A DNA stretch of 64,000 nucleotides from an uncultured Gammaproteobacteria bacterium. GTDB lineage: Bacteria; Pseudomonadota; Gammaproteobacteria; Steroidobacterales; Steroidobacteraceae. Numbering within the stretch: the first letter of the stretch is position 1; every line of letters starts with the position of its first letter. The position numbers were made by a program, and so were the translations under genes. The notes under the pieces are model-generated. The model did not search any database. It was not told the DNA's origin and saw only the letters and a list, made by a program, of their open reading frames with translations. Positions 35,092 to 45,281 of this stretch are shown in pieces. The stretch spans positions 113,923 to 177,922 of the forward strand of contig CAVOWK010000032.1 in NCBI GenBank assembly GCA_963700045.1. The letters are read 5' to 3'.

Positions 35092-35676
35092 TTGTTTTCC
35101 AAGGGCCTGATTCTCGCCTCGACGTCCCGCTACCGCCGCGACCTGCTGCAGCGGCTCGGACTGCCGTTCGAGTGCGTCGCCCCCCATGCCGATGAAGCTC
35201 GGCTAGCCGGCGAACCGGCCGCCGCGATGGCCACGCGCCTGGCGCGGGTCAAGGCCGAGGCAGTCGCCGCGAAGTACCCGACAGCGATCGTGATCGGCTC
35301 GGACCAGGTCGCCCTGCGCGGTACCGATGTGCTTGGCAAACCCGGCACCGTCGAGCGTTGCCGCGAACAACTGCGGGCGTCGTCTGGCCACGAAGTCGTC
35401 TTCCTCACCGCGGTGCACGTCATCGATGGCGCCGCCGGTCGCACCGAGTCGCACGTCGACCGCACGGTCGTGAAGTTCAGGGAGCTGTCGGATGCCGAAA
35501 TCGACCGCTACATCGAACGCGACAGTCCGCTCGACTGCGCCGGCGGCTTCAAAGCCGAGTCCTTAGGGATCGCCCTTTTCGACCGGATCGAATCGATCGA
35601 TCCGACGGGCCTCACCGGCCTCCCGTTGTCCTGGCTCTGCGGCGCCCTTCGCCGCGCACGGGTCCAGGTTCCTTAG
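35092..35676 (+). CDS. maf: Maf-like nucleoside triphosphate pyrophosphatase (YceF-type)
   Basis: LILASTSRYRRDLLQRLG..., Maf fold motifs and conserved yceF position. Confidence 0.85.
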   Translation: MFSKGLILASTSRYRRDLLQRLGLPFECVAPHADEARLAGEPAAAMATRLARVKAEAVAAKYPTAIVIGSDQVALRGTDVLGKPGTVERCREQLRASSGHEVVFLTAVHVIDGAAGRTESHVDRTVVKFRELSDAEIDRYIERDSPLDCAGGFKAESLGIALFDRIESIDPTGLTGLPLSWLCGALRRARVQVP

Positions 35677-36832
35677 CCGTGCCCCGCTCGTCGGTCCGGG
35701 GGTTGCCCATCCTCGACTTGCCCGTCCGCGCCACCGGTGCCGGTCGCTGCACGCGCGGCGCGACGATCGGGCCACGCGCACCTTCCGGCTTCAGGGTCTT
35801 GCCGCGTTCGTCCTGCGGCGCGCGGGCTTTGCCGCGAGTCAGCGTATCGAGCACCGCACTGAGTTCGGGCGGCAGCGGCGCGCTCGCCAGCATGGGCTCG
35901 CGGGTGCCAGGCCGCGTGAAGCCGAGCGACGACGAGTGCAGGAACATCCGCTTCAGGCCGTAGTCCTTGAAGATGTCGTTGAAGACACGGTTGCCGTATT
36001 TGTCGTCACCGGCCACCGGATGTCCGGCATGCGCAGCATGCACGCGGATCTGGTGCGTCTTGCCGGTGTCGATCTCGACTTCCATCAGTGTCGCCAGGTT
36101 GCCGAAGAACTGCACGGGCTTGAATGTGCTGACGGACTTCTTGCCGTGCGCACGCACTGCCACGTGCCGCTCGCCGCTGCGGCGCTCGTCGGTATCGAGC
36201 GCCAGTTCGATGCGCTTGGTCCCCAGGTTCCACTTGCCGCAGACCAGTGCCAGGTAATGCTTTTCGGTCTGGCCTTCGCGCAATTGCCGGTGCAGGTCGC
36301 GCAGCGCAGCGCGCCGTTTTGCCACCAGCAGGCAGCCGCTGGTGTCACGGTCTAGCCGGTGCACGAGTTCGAGGTCCGGCTGCCCGGGGCGAGCGCTGCG
36401 AAGCGCCTCGATCAGGCCGAAGTCGGTCGCACTGCCGCCGTGAACCGCAAGGCCCGGCGGCTTGTTGCAGACGATGAGGTCGCTGTCCTCATAGGTGATC
36501 GAGTCGAGCACCAGTTTCTGCAGCGACTCACTGGCGGTCCGGGGCGTGGCTGGCGGCGGCACGTCTTCGGCCTTGCGCACCGGGGGAATGCGGACGATGT
36601 CGCCCAACGCGATCCGCTGGTCGGGCCTGGCGCGCTTCTTGTTGACGCGCACCTCACCCTTGCGCAGCAGGCGGAATACATGCGTGCGCGGTACGTCCTT
36701 CAGTTGGCGGACGAGAAAGTTGTCGAGCCGCGTCCCAGCGTCGTCTGCGGTCACTTCCACGTGGGTAACGCCGCGGCCGGGTTCCGGCTCGGCGCTGTTC
36801 TCGTCGGTTGCCGGGTCTATTTCGTAAGCCAT
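35612..36832 (-). CDS. rluC: 23S rRNA pseudouridine synthase RluC with a basic C-terminal tail
   Basis: S4 domain (RLDNFLVRQL...), catalytic HRLDRDTSG, divergent from rne as in E. coli. The 3' end overlaps the maf 3' end by 65 nt. Confidence 0.85.
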   Translation of the reverse strand: MAYEIDPATDENSAEPEPGRGVTHVEVTADDAGTRLDNFLVRQLKDVPRTHVFRLLRKGEVRVNKKRARPDQRIALGDIVRIPPVRKAEDVPPPATPRTASESLQKLVLDSITYEDSDLIVCNKPPGLAVHGGSATDFGLIEALRSARPGQPDLELVHRLDRDTSGCLLVAKRRAALRDLHRQLREGQTEKHYLALVCGKWNLGTKRIELALDTDERRSGERHVAVRAHGKKSVSTFKPVQFFGNLATLMEVEIDTGKTHQIRVHAAHAGHPVAGDDKYGNRVFNDIFKDYGLKRMFLHSSSLGFTRPGTREPMLASAPLPPELSAVLDTLTRGKARAPQDERGKTLKPEGARGPIVAPRVQRPAPVARTGKSRMGNPRTDERGTAKEPGPVRGEGRRRARTTGGR

Positions 36833-37231
36833 TGATTTTCGGGCCTTCGCTTGCTACATTCCAACGCTAGGCAATGCGCTGGTGCGTCCAAGCAACATCA
36901 GGCAACGCCGAATGAGCGACGCGCGGTTGCACGCCCTACGGGTTGTGCGGGGCGCCCGCAATCTTAGTTGGTTCTGAACCTTCAGACACCATCGATCTGC
37001 CGCGGACACGCGCAGGTGCCGCAGCCCCGGCGGGCAGCGGGCCAGCAGCGACCTCGGCGGGTACGATGCCCGACAGCATCAGGATTCGGTCACGCATCGT
37101 GCGCACTGCGCCGGTGCAGAAGAACAGCAAATGAGCGCTCGCGCAGTCGCTGCCAGACCTTTTTCCCACGCCACGGCACCATTACCCGTCCGAACCGTAC
37201 GCGGCCCCAACCTCCAATAGCGAGAGGGCCG
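36833..37231 (+). promoter_or_regulatory. rluC-rne divergent intergenic region / probable long rne 5' leader
   Basis: 399-nt non-coding gap before rne. In E. coli the rne leader is autoregulatory (established knowledge); no structure was verified here. Confidence 0.3.
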
Positions 37232-40147
37232 ATGAAGAGAATGCTCGTCAACGCAACTCAGGAAGAAGAGTTGCGCGTAGCGCTGGTCGACGGCCAGCGA
37301 ATCTACGACCTGGACATAGAAATCCCGTCGCGTGAAACCAAGAAAGCCAACGTCTACAAAGGACGCATCACCCGCGTCGAACCCAGCCTCGAGGCTGCGT
37401 TCATCGACTACGGCGCCGAGCGCCACGGCTTCCTCCCGCTGAAGGAAGTCTCCAAGGCGTTCTTCAAGGACAAGCAGCCCGGCCAGGAAGGCGGCAGCCG
37501 CGGCATCCGTGACCTGATCGAGGAAGGCCAGGAAATCATCGTCCAGGTCGAGAAGGAAGAACGCGGCAACAAGGGCGCCGCGCTCACCACCTTCATCAGC
37601 CTGGCGGGCCGGTTCCTGGTGCTGATGCCGAACAACCCCCGTGCCGGTGGCGTGTCGCGCCGCGTCGAGGGTGACGACCGCGACGCCCTGCGCGAAGCGA
37701 TGGACTCGCTGCAGATCCCCGATGGCATGGGCGCCATCGTGCGCACCGCCGGCGTGGGCCGCAGCGCCGAGGAGTTGCAGTGGGACCTCAACAACCTGGT
37801 CGACATCTGGAACGCGATCCAGCAGGCGTCGGACAGCCGTCCCTCGCCGTTCCTGATCTACCGCGAGAGCACGGCGATCCTGCGGGCGCTGCGTGACTAC
37901 CTCAGCGACGACATCGGCGAAATCCTGATCGACAAGCAGGACGTCTACGAGGAAGCGCGCGAATACATGCAGCGCTTCATGCCGAACAACCTGCGCAAGC
38001 TCAAGCTCTACGACGACCACGTGCCGCTGTTCACGCGGTACCAGATCGAGAGCCAGATCGAGTCGGCGTATTCCCACAAGGTGACGCTGCCCGCGGGCGG
38101 CAGCATCGTGATCGACCACACCGAAGCGCTGGTCTCGATCGACATCAACTCGGCACGCAGCACCCGCGGCACCGACATCGAGACGACCGCCTGCAACACC
38201 AACCTCGAGGCCGCGGACGAAATCGCGCGCCAGATGCGGTTGCGCGACGTCGGCGGCCTGATCGTCATCGACTTCATCGACATGGAGTCGACCAAGAACC
38301 AGCGTGCGGTCGAGGATCGCCTGCGCGACGCGGTCAAGCAGGACCGTGCCCGCATCCAGCTGGGCAAGATCTCCCGCTTCGGCCTGCTCGAGCTCTCGCG
38401 GCAGCGCCTGCGTCCGTCGATCAGCGAATCGACCAACATCGTCTGCCCGCGTTGCACCGGCATGGGTGTCATCCGCAGCGTCGAATCGCTGGCGCTCGCG
38501 GTGCTGCGGCTGATCGGCGAGGAGGCCCGCAAGGACCGCACCGCCAAGGTCATCGCGCAGTTGCCGGTCGACGTTGCGACGTACCTGATGAACGAGAAGC
38601 GCGACTGGTTGCACGACATTGAAGCGCGCAGCCATGTCGATATCGTCCTGGTGCCGAACAAGTACCTCGAGACGCCGGCCTACGAATTGCGCCGCGTGCG
38701 CGACGACGAGACCGACCTGCCGGAAAACTCGGTCATCAGCCACCACATGGCGATTGAGCCGAAGATCGACCTCGATGCGATTGCGTCGGCCGAGGAAGAG
38801 AAGGCCCCGACGCCGCAGCAGCCCGCAGTGACGACCATCATTCCGAGCACCCCTGCCCCGCCCGCGGCTCCTGAAGTCGCGGCTGCTCCGGTCGCGGTCG
38901 CAGCAGCTCCGGTAGCCGTTGCCGCACCGGCCTACGGTCCGCGCGACAACGTGCTCGTGCGAATGTGGCGCTGGTTCGCAGGCGACAAGCGTGCACCCGA
39001 ACCGCAGGCGGCGGCGCCGTCCTCGAACGTCGGTCGTGGCAGCCGGGACGGCGAACGTGATCGTCCGCGCCATGACCGCGATCGCAACGAACGCGGCCGT
39101 GGCCGCGATGGTCGTCGCGACGGACGCGACAGTCGTGATGGACGCGGTCGCAGCGAGGGCCGCGGTGAACGTGGCTCGCGCGACGAAGCACGTCGCGAAA
39201 GCCGTGCTGAAAGTGCACAGGGCCCGGGCCAGCCCGCACGCGGCAACGAACCGCGGCGCGACGAGCCGAGCCGTGCGCAACCTCAGCAACAACCGCGTCG
39301 TGACGAAGGCTCGCGTGGCGGACGTCGTGATGGTGGTCAGGGTCATGGCCAGGGCCAGGGCGGCGAAGGCGTCCCGCGCGAGGGCCAGCCGCGTCGTGAA
39401 GGTGGCCAGCAAGGCCAGCGCCAACCGCAGCAGGCGCGTCCTCCGCGCGAGCCGCGTGAGCCCCGCGAACCGAGGCCACCGCGCGAGTACCGCGAGCCGC
39501 AGGAAGCGCGTGAGCAGGCTGCAGCAGCCACTGCGGTCGTCGCAGCCGTTGCCAACGACATGAACACAGCCGATGTGTCAGTCGCACAACCGACAGGTGA
39601 CGGTCAGCAGCAACGCCCCGAGGGTGATCGCAGCGAGCGCACTGGACGCAGGTCGCGTCGCGGTGGGCGTCGTCGCCGCGGTCGCAATGAGGGTGGTGAA
39701 GGCTACGCTGCAGGCGCTGCCGCGGGCGCTGCCAGCGAAGGTAGCTTCGACGCAGGCCCGGGTGGTGCTGGTGGTGACGACGCGGGTGGCGGCGACAATG
39801 CTGGCTTCACGCCGGCTCCGCAATCTCTCGATGCCCCGCGCGAGTTCGACGCGCCCCGCGAGCCCGAGCCGCCGCGTGATTTCGCAGCGACTCGTGCTGC
39901 CGAGGCACCACGCGAGTTCACGGCTCCGCCGCCCGCGTCGAGCCATGAAGCACCGCGTGCGCCGGAACCGCGTTCATTCGACTTCGATCGCCCTGCAGCA
40001 CCACCGCCTCCAGCGGCCCCGTCACGCGAAGTGGCACCCGGGCCGGTCGTGGTGCGTGAGCCGAATCCGGTCGCAACGGCTTCCGAGCCGCGCGAATGGA
40101 CGCCGACTCCGCCGACGGACGTGACGACGCCGCGCAACGAGCCGTAA
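37232..40147 (+). CDS. rne: ribonuclease E
   Basis: [31 protein letters not shown]1/catalytic N-terminal half. The C-terminal half is Arg/Pro/Glu-rich and low-complexity. Confidence 0.95.
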   Translation: MKRMLVNATQEEELRVALVDGQRIYDLDIEIPSRETKKANVYKGRITRVEPSLEAAFIDYGAERHGFLPLKEVSKAFFKDKQPGQEGGSRGIRDLIEEGQEIIVQVEKEERGNKGAALTTFISLAGRFLVLMPNNPRAGGVSRRVEGDDRDALREAMDSLQIPDGMGAIVRTAGVGRSAEELQWDLNNLVDIWNAIQQASDSRPSPFLIYRESTAILRALRDYLSDDIGEILIDKQDVYEEAREYMQRFMPNNLRKLKLYDDHVPLFTRYQIESQIESAYSHKVTLPAGGSIVIDHTEALVSIDINSARSTRGTDIETTACNTNLEAADEIARQMRLRDVGGLIVIDFIDMESTKNQRAVEDRLRDAVKQDRARIQLGKISRFGLLELSRQRLRPSISESTNIVCPRCTGMGVIRSVESLALAVLRLIGEEARKDRTAKVIAQLPVDVATYLMNEKRDWLHDIEARSHVDIVLVPNKYLETPAYELRRVRDDETDLPENSVISHHMAIEPKIDLDAIASAEEEKAPTPQQPAVTTIIPSTPAPPAAPEVAAAPVAVAAAPVAVAAPAYGPRDNVLVRMWRWFAGDKRAPEPQAAAPSSNVGRGSRDGERDRPRHDRDRNERGRGRDGRRDGRDSRDGRGRSEGRGERGSRDEARRESRAESAQGPGQPARGNEPRRDEPSRAQPQQQPRRDEGSRGGRRDGGQGHGQGQGGEGVPREGQPRREGGQQGQRQPQQARPPREPREPREPRPPREYREPQEAREQAAAATAVVAAVANDMNTADVSVAQPTGDGQQQRPEGDRSERTGRRSRRGGRRRRGRNEGGEGYAAGAAAGAASEGSFDAGPGGAGGDDAGGGDNAGFTPAPQSLDAPREFDAPREPEPPRDFAATRAAEAPREFTAPPPASSHEAPRAPEPRSFDFDRPAAPPPPAAPSREVAPGPVVVREPNPVATASEPREWTPTPPTDVTTPRNEP

Positions 40148-40171
40148 GCGACTCGTTCAGCTGCAACAGGA

Positions 40172-40203
40172 ACCCGCTGCCTGGCACGCAGCGGGTTTTT
40201 TGT
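40172..40203 (+). terminator. rho-independent terminator after rne
   Basis: ACCCGCTGC / GCAGCGGGT stem followed by a T6 run. Confidence 0.7.
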
Positions 40204-40390
40204 TGTCCGCCAGAGTGCGAGCCAGTCACTGGCAGCACACGAGTGGTGCTGGAAATTGGCGGGATACCCCCGATCACGATCGTGTCACGGCGACAGCGTG
40301 GCCGGCTCTGTGCGCCAGGAGACGGACGCAGGCTAGCGACTGAAATAGCCTCCTCCACTCGAATCGCAAACAACGCATCGAGGAATACGC

Positions 40391-40972
40391 ATGAACAAAC
40401 TCAAAATCACCGCACTCGCGGCCGCCATAGGCCTTGCCATGAGCGCAAGCGCCACGGGCGCCGGCATCTCGGAGGCGCAGTACAAGTCTGCCGGACAAGA
40501 CATCTCGGCCCGGCACACGGCCGACCAGGCCACGTGCGAGGCGCTGGCTGGCAATCGCAAGGACGTCTGCAACGCAGAGGCTAACGGTCGCGAGAACGTG
40601 GCGAAGGCGGAACTCGAGTTGAGCTACGGCGATTCCGACAAGCACCGGTACGACGTGCGTGTTGCCAAGGCGGACGCGGCGTATACGATCGCCAACGAAA
40701 AGTGCGACGACCTCGCCGGCAACGTGCAGGACGTCTGCCGCAAGGAGGCGCAGAGCGCGCAAGTCGCTGCCAAGGCAGAGGCAGAGCAGGCGCAGAAGAC
40801 CGCCGCTGCCAGCGCAACTGCAGGCGAGGCCACCAGGGCAGCCGACAAGCAGGCGGCGCTGGAGAAGCGCAATGCGGCCTACGCCATCGCGAAGGAAAAG
40901 TGCGACTCGCTCGCGAACGATGCCAAAGTGACCTGCATCCAGGAAGCCAAGGCGCGCTACGGCCAGACCTGA
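40391..40972 (+). CDS. secreted repeat protein with three paired-Cys motifs (hypothetical)
   Basis: Signal peptide, then three copies of C-[DE]-x-L-A-x-[ND]-x-x-D/T-V/T-C-x-x-E-A: CEALAGNRKDVCNAEA, CDDLAGNVQDVCRKEA, CDSLANDAKVTCIQEA. Confidence 0.6.
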   Translation: MNKLKITALAAAIGLAMSASATGAGISEAQYKSAGQDISARHTADQATCEALAGNRKDVCNAEANGRENVAKAELELSYGDSDKHRYDVRVAKADAAYTIANEKCDDLAGNVQDVCRKEAQSAQVAAKAEAEQAQKTAAASATAGEATRAADKQAALEKRNAAYAIAKEKCDSLANDAKVTCIQEAKARYGQT

Positions 40973-41107
40973 ACGCAGCTCTGGACAGGCGGCATCGGCA
41001 TTGGCAGCGGTCTGCGTTGGGTACCGCACAGACCGTAGCCATCCATAGGACGATCCTGCTCCCGGGTACTCGACACCTCCATCCCAGGTCGGGTGCTCAT
41101 GAAGCGG

Positions 41108-41143
41108 CCCGGTGACGCCCCCCGTCACCGGGCCCTTTCTTGT
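41108..41143 (+). terminator. possible terminator hairpin
   Basis: CCCGGTGACG-5 nt-CGTCACCGGG followed by CCCTTTCTT. Confidence 0.4.
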
Positions 41144-41314
41144 ATGGCTACAAACATGGTTCCTTCGCAACCAGTCGTCGTCCTTCGAGGTTGCGACGAC
41201 GCCGGCCCGTTGGGTTCGCTACCGCACAGACCCTGCCGCCGGCTGGCGTAGTTTCACCGCGACCGTATACGATCGTACGGGATTTGCCTCGCGACGGACG
41301 TAAAGGAAGCGAAC

Positions 41315-41536
41315 ATGAATGCATCCAGGATTGCCGCAATCGTGCTGATCGTGGCCGGTGCCCTCGGACTCGCCTACGGTAGCTTCAGTTACACGAAGCA
41401 GACTCATGACATCAACGTGGGACCGATCGAAATGTCCGTCAAGGAAAAGCAGACGGTCAACGTGCCGGTCTGGGCCGGTGTCGGCGCAATCGCCATCGGC
41501 GTCGCGCTGCTCCTGCTTGGCGGCAGGAAGCCCTAG
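41315..41536 (+). CDS. small two-TM membrane protein (hypothetical)
   Basis: 73 aa with hydrophobic N- and C-terminal helices flanking a polar loop. Confidence 0.55.
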   Translation: MNASRIAAIVLIVAGALGLAYGSFSYTKQTHDINVGPIEMSVKEKQTVNVPVWAGVGAIAIGVALLLLGGRKP

Positions 41537-41802
41537 TCGATTTTTTCCACGATGACCCGGCCATCTGCGCCCACGAACACGCGATACCGATTGCCGTTCT
41601 CGCACGAGGCGACGTAGTCGTCCTTTCCCTGTTGGGTGGCGCTGACGACGTTACCGCACGGCAGCCCGTGCAATGCAATCACGGCCGTCAGGTCCTTGGT
41701 GACCGAAACGTCGCCGGGAGTTTCTTCCACGGCCAGCGCCGATCCCGCGAACCCTGTCGTCACGACTCCGACCAGGGCCAATGTCCCTGCACGTATGCTC
41801 AC
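41533..41802 (-). CDS. small secreted hypothetical protein
   Basis: 89 aa with a signal peptide. Its GTG start overlaps the upstream gene's stop (GTGA). Confidence 0.5.
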   Translation of the reverse strand: MSIRAGTLALVGVVTTGFAGSALAVEETPGDVSVTKDLTAVIALHGLPCGNVVSATQQGKDDYVASCENGNRYRVFVGADGRVIVEKID

Positions 41803-42551
41803 GGTGTTGCTCCTGCCATCAGATTGGATTCGGTGAATTTCCTCGGGTCCTCGAGGATGCTCCAGATTGCGGCGCGCGACTTGACGATGTCCCGGGCCAG
41901 CGGCGGATCGCTGTCCTGGAGCAGCGAAAGCACCTTGAGGAGCAGCATGTCGTAGTCGCGGCGCAGTTCCGCGAGCGTCGCCGTGCCCTGCCGCTTGTGG
42001 TAAGCGCGGAACTTATCCACCAGGTCGTCGACTTGGTTCTTGAGCGCAAGCTTGGTCAACACGCCGATGGCCTTGGTTTCCCGGAGTCGCGACGCGAGCG
42101 ACTTGAAGTCCAGCGGCGCGGGGGACGCCTGCGGTGCGGCAGGAACAGCAGCAACCTTTGGCATCGCCTGCGGTGGGGGCACGGTCACCGCCGTAACGGC
42201 AGCTACCGGCCTCGGTGGCGGCTTGGGTGGCGCGACCGTCGTGACCGGTGCGACCCTGGCGGGGACTTTGGGGACTGCGACTCGCGCGGCCGGAGCGGGC
42301 TCCACGGGGCGCACAGGCTGAACCGCCGGCGGCGGGGCCGGAAGCACGGGCACTTCGGCAACGGCGGGTGCGACCTCCACTTGCGGCACCGCCGGTACGG
42401 GCGCCTCCTCGACTACTGCAACTGGCGCGGACGGCGACGCAACCGGGACCGTCGTCGGCACGTGCCTGACCCCGGCGCATCCTGCGGCGACAAAGCAGGA
42501 GACCGTAAGCACCATGCTCGCGGAACGCGACATCGCTGCACAGCGGAACAT
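41799..42551 (-). CDS. lipoprotein with Pro/Ala/Val-rich linker and a helical C-terminal domain (hypothetical)
   Basis: Lipobox VAAGC, about 120 aa of PAV-rich repeats, then a conserved-looking C-terminal ~100 aa. Confidence 0.55.
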   Translation of the reverse strand: MFRCAAMSRSASMVLTVSCFVAAGCAGVRHVPTTVPVASPSAPVAVVEEAPVPAVPQVEVAPAVAEVPVLPAPPPAVQPVRPVEPAPAARVAVPKVPARVAPVTTVAPPKPPPRPVAAVTAVTVPPPQAMPKVAAVPAAPQASPAPLDFKSLASRLRETKAIGVLTKLALKNQVDDLVDKFRAYHKRQGTATLAELRRDYDMLLLKVLSLLQDSDPPLARDIVKSRAAIWSILEDPRKFTESNLMAGATP

Positions 42552-42572
42552 CGGTCTCTCCGGGTCGGCGTT

Positions 42573-42788
42573 CTACGAGAACCACGAGTCGTCGGCTTTG
42601 GCCTGCCAGGCGGTGAGCTGCCTCTCAGCTTCGTCCTTGGCCACGCCGTAGCGCTCCTGGATCTTGCCGGCAAGCTGGTCGCGGTGACCAGCGACAACTT
42701 CCAGGTCATCGTCGGTCAACTTCCCCCACTGCACCTTGGCCTTGCCGGCCACTTGCTTCCAGTTTCCTTTGATGCGGTCCCAGTTCAT
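42573..42788 (-). CDS. CsbD family stress-response protein
   Basis: MNWDRIKGNWKQVAGKAKVQWGKLTDDDL..., with a GGAGA RBS before ATG 42788. Confidence 0.85.
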   Translation of the reverse strand: MNWDRIKGNWKQVAGKAKVQWGKLTDDDLEVVAGHRDQLAGKIQERYGVAKDEAERQLTAWQAKADDSWFS

Positions 42789-42853
42789 GGGTTTCTCCTT
42801 TGTCCATGAGCAATCGAAGCTTGCACGTGTCTCCGGCACATTCGGCCTTGAGC

Positions 42854-43846
42854 CTACCGGAGCGTTGAACCGTCACGAGTCATGGCGGCGCTGACCAATG
42901 CTGGCCGGGCACGCCGGCAGGCCTTCGCGCTCAGCAACGCAAAATCCGCCTTTTTCATCAGCGTCTCGGCATCCGTGCCATCGCCGGGATAAACCGCGAT
43001 CCCGACACTCGCCGTCACGCGCAGATCCCGGCCTTCGATGCGGTGCGGCGCGGCGATTCGGGCGCGCAGTGCATCCGCAGCGCATGCCACGTCCTCGGCA
43101 CAGGCCACTTCAGACAGCAGAACGACAAATTCATCGCCACCGAGTCGACTCACGGTGTCCGATTTGCGCACTCCCGCCACCAGTCGACTCGCGACTGACT
43201 GCAGCACCTGGTCGCCGACCGCATGACCCAGTCGATCGTTGATGCGTTTGAAGCGGTCAAGGTCCACGAACAATACGGCCAGCTGGTTGCCATGGCGACA
43301 CGCTGTTGCCATGGCCCGGTCGAGCCGGTCGGTCAGCAGCATCCGGTTGGGCAGGCCCGTCAGAACGTCGTGTTGCGCCAGATGCGACATTCGCAGCGAC
43401 AAAGCGCGCGCCGCACCTACATCGTGAAACACGATCACCGCGCCAGTCACGTTTCCGTGCCGGTCATGAATCGGGGTGGCAGTGTCTTCGATCGCAGATT
43501 CACGCCCATCCCGGCCGATCAGCAGACAGTTCTCGCCCACACCGACACTGGTGTCACGCTGCACCGCCAGGGCCAGCGGATCCCGGGCGGGCTCACGACT
43601 GTCCGCGTCGATGATCCGCATCACTTCCGGCAGTGGTCGGCCGGTCGCCTCCCAGGTGGACCAACCGGTCATGCGCTCGGCGACCGGATTCATGTACGTG
43701 ACGTTGCCCGCCAGGTCGGTGCTCAGAACGGCGTCCCCGATCGAGTCGAGCATCACTTGCGCGCGCTCTCCGGCCACGCGCGATGCTTCGAGGGTGGCGC
43801 CGACACTATTGAAGTTCGCCTGGACAAGCAGTTTCCTGCGGGGCAT
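42854..43846 (-). CDS. PAS-domain diguanylate cyclase (GGDEF)
   Basis: PAS (MLDSIGDAVLSTDLAGNVTYMNPVAERMTGW) followed by an RLGGDEF active site. Confidence 0.9.
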   Translation of the reverse strand: MPRRKLLVQANFNSVGATLEASRVAGERAQVMLDSIGDAVLSTDLAGNVTYMNPVAERMTGWSTWEATGRPLPEVMRIIDADSREPARDPLALAVQRDTSVGVGENCLLIGRDGRESAIEDTATPIHDRHGNVTGAVIVFHDVGAARALSLRMSHLAQHDVLTGLPNRMLLTDRLDRAMATACRHGNQLAVLFVDLDRFKRINDRLGHAVGDQVLQSVASRLVAGVRKSDTVSRLGGDEFVVLLSEVACAEDVACAADALRARIAAPHRIEGRDLRVTASVGIAVYPGDGTDAETLMKKADFALLSAKACRRARPALVSAAMTRDGSTLR

Positions 43847-43854
43847 CAGCGCTC

Positions 43855-44292
43855 TCAGTGGATCGTGGCTACGGCCCGCATGATCCTGCGACCGGCTCTC
43901 ATAGTCTGTGCGCCAGCGGACATTGGGCGGAACGGTTGCGTCGGCGACTGCGTGCGATCCGTGGACCCATGGACAGACCTTCCCGGGTCGTCGACAAACG
44001 CGCGCACGAGCAGCGCGCCGTGCTCATGCAGCACTGGAATACAGACTTTCTGCGCATCCAGGATGCGCAGGAGCGCATTGAGCGGGCGGTCTTTCATAGC
44101 CTGCACGGTGAAGCCCGTGAGGTCGAGCGTCAGGATGGCCCGGCGGTACAGGTACTTGGCATCCAGAGTGTCATGACTGATGGAACCCTCCTGCAGCGCG
44201 AGCAGGTCGCGATAAACCTCTTCCGTCCAACCATTGCAGCTGGCCAGGGCAGCGGGAGTATCCAGCAGCGGAAACGGCAGTTTGTCTTTCAT
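43855..44292 (-). CDS. small hypothetical protein with a class III nucleotidyl-cyclase-like N-terminal motif
   Basis: ATG 44292 with a GGGAG RBS, 17 nt after the cpdA stop. RRAILTLDLTGFT ... EHGALLVRAFVDD resembles the metal-binding beta1/beta4 region of cyclase homology domains, but the domain looks incomplete. Confidence 0.45.
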   Translation of the reverse strand: MKDKLPFPLLDTPAALASCNGWTEEVYRDLLALQEGSISHDTLDAKYLYRRAILTLDLTGFTVQAMKDRPLNALLRILDAQKVCIPVLHEHGALLVRAFVDDPGRSVHGSTDRTQSPTQPFRPMSAGAQTMRAGRRIMRAVATIH

Positions 44293-44309
44293 GTGGGCTC
44301 CCAAGGTCA

Positions 44310-45119
44310 TCAAAAACGGTCGTCGGGCGGCCGTTCGGCCACTTCCCAGTCCTGCAGCCACCGCACTTCCGTCCGCACCTGGCCATCGGGCAGCAGCTCC
44401 AGCCAGCGATATCCCGGCGGCCTGAGGTCCATCACGCAGTGCTCGGTGAGCGGCGTGAATTGCGCGCAGGTCGAAGGCGTCGCGAGCACGAGCGTGTGTC
44501 CGTGCCGCCGCTCGAACGCCTGGTGCACGTGACCACCGAGTACGGCACGCACGGTCGGATACCGCTCGATGACGGCCAGAAACTCACAGGCATTGCGCAA
44601 GCCCACGCCATCGAGCCAGGTGCTGCCGACGGGCAATGGCGGATGATGCAGACACACGAGGAGCGGCCGGTCGCCGAAGGCCTGCAGCGCCGACTCGAGG
44701 CGCAACAGTTCCTTCGATTCGACTCTGCCTTCGGGGCGGCCATGCACGTGCGTGTCGATGAACACCGCACCCCACGCGCCGAATTCAGCCGTGCCGCCGT
44801 ACTGGAACCCATCGCCGCCCACCAGGTCGACCATCAGGTCCGGCTCATCGTGATTGCCGGGCAGGCAGAACACAGGCAGGTCGTACGGACGCAGTGCGCG
44901 GCGGAAATTGTCGTAGGCGGCGGCGCTGTGATCGTCGGCGATGTCGCCAGTCACGAGAATCGCAGCAGGCCGCGGCGTCCCGGGTGCGAAAGCCTCGGCC
45001 AGCACCCTGCGCAACGAGACTGCGGTCGTCACGCCGTAGATTTTCCTCGTCTCATCCCCGAACAGGTGAGGATCGGTGACCTGCAGCAGCCGCACGGAAT
45101 TGCCAAGCGATCCGATCAT
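44310..45119 (-). CDS. cpdA: 3',5'-cyclic-nucleotide phosphodiesterase CpdA (class III, metallophosphoesterase)
   Basis: LLQVTDPHL, GDIADD, GNHD, LHHPP and GHVH motifs. The ATG at 45119 is chosen because upstream residues belong to a GAF domain. Confidence 0.85.
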   Translation of the reverse strand: MIGSLGNSVRLLQVTDPHLFGDETRKIYGVTTAVSLRRVLAEAFAPGTPRPAAILVTGDIADDHSAAAYDNFRRALRPYDLPVFCLPGNHDEPDLMVDLVGGDGFQYGGTAEFGAWGAVFIDTHVHGRPEGRVESKELLRLESALQAFGDRPLLVCLHHPPLPVGSTWLDGVGLRNACEFLAVIERYPTVRAVLGGHVHQAFERRHGHTLVLATPSTCAQFTPLTEHCVMDLRPPGYRWLELLPDGQVRTEVRWLQDWEVAERPPDDRF

Positions 45120-45281
45120 GGCGCGGGCCGGGCGGCCGTCACGCCGATTGAGCAGTTGTGTCACGGCGAACACCGCACCGCTGCTATCCTGCAGGGGCAG
45201 GCACAGCATGGAACGCGTGCGGAAGCCAGTCTCGGCATCGACTGCCTGGTTGAAACGCGGGTCGGCGTAGGCATCGTCGAC

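Noticed and set aside
35612-35676. 65-nt convergent overlap of maf and rluC as evidence of a mis-call
   Set aside because: Both frames carry family-typical sequence up to near their ends, and RluC homologues often have basic C-terminal tails. A frameshift in the rluC tail cannot be excluded, but nothing specific supports one.
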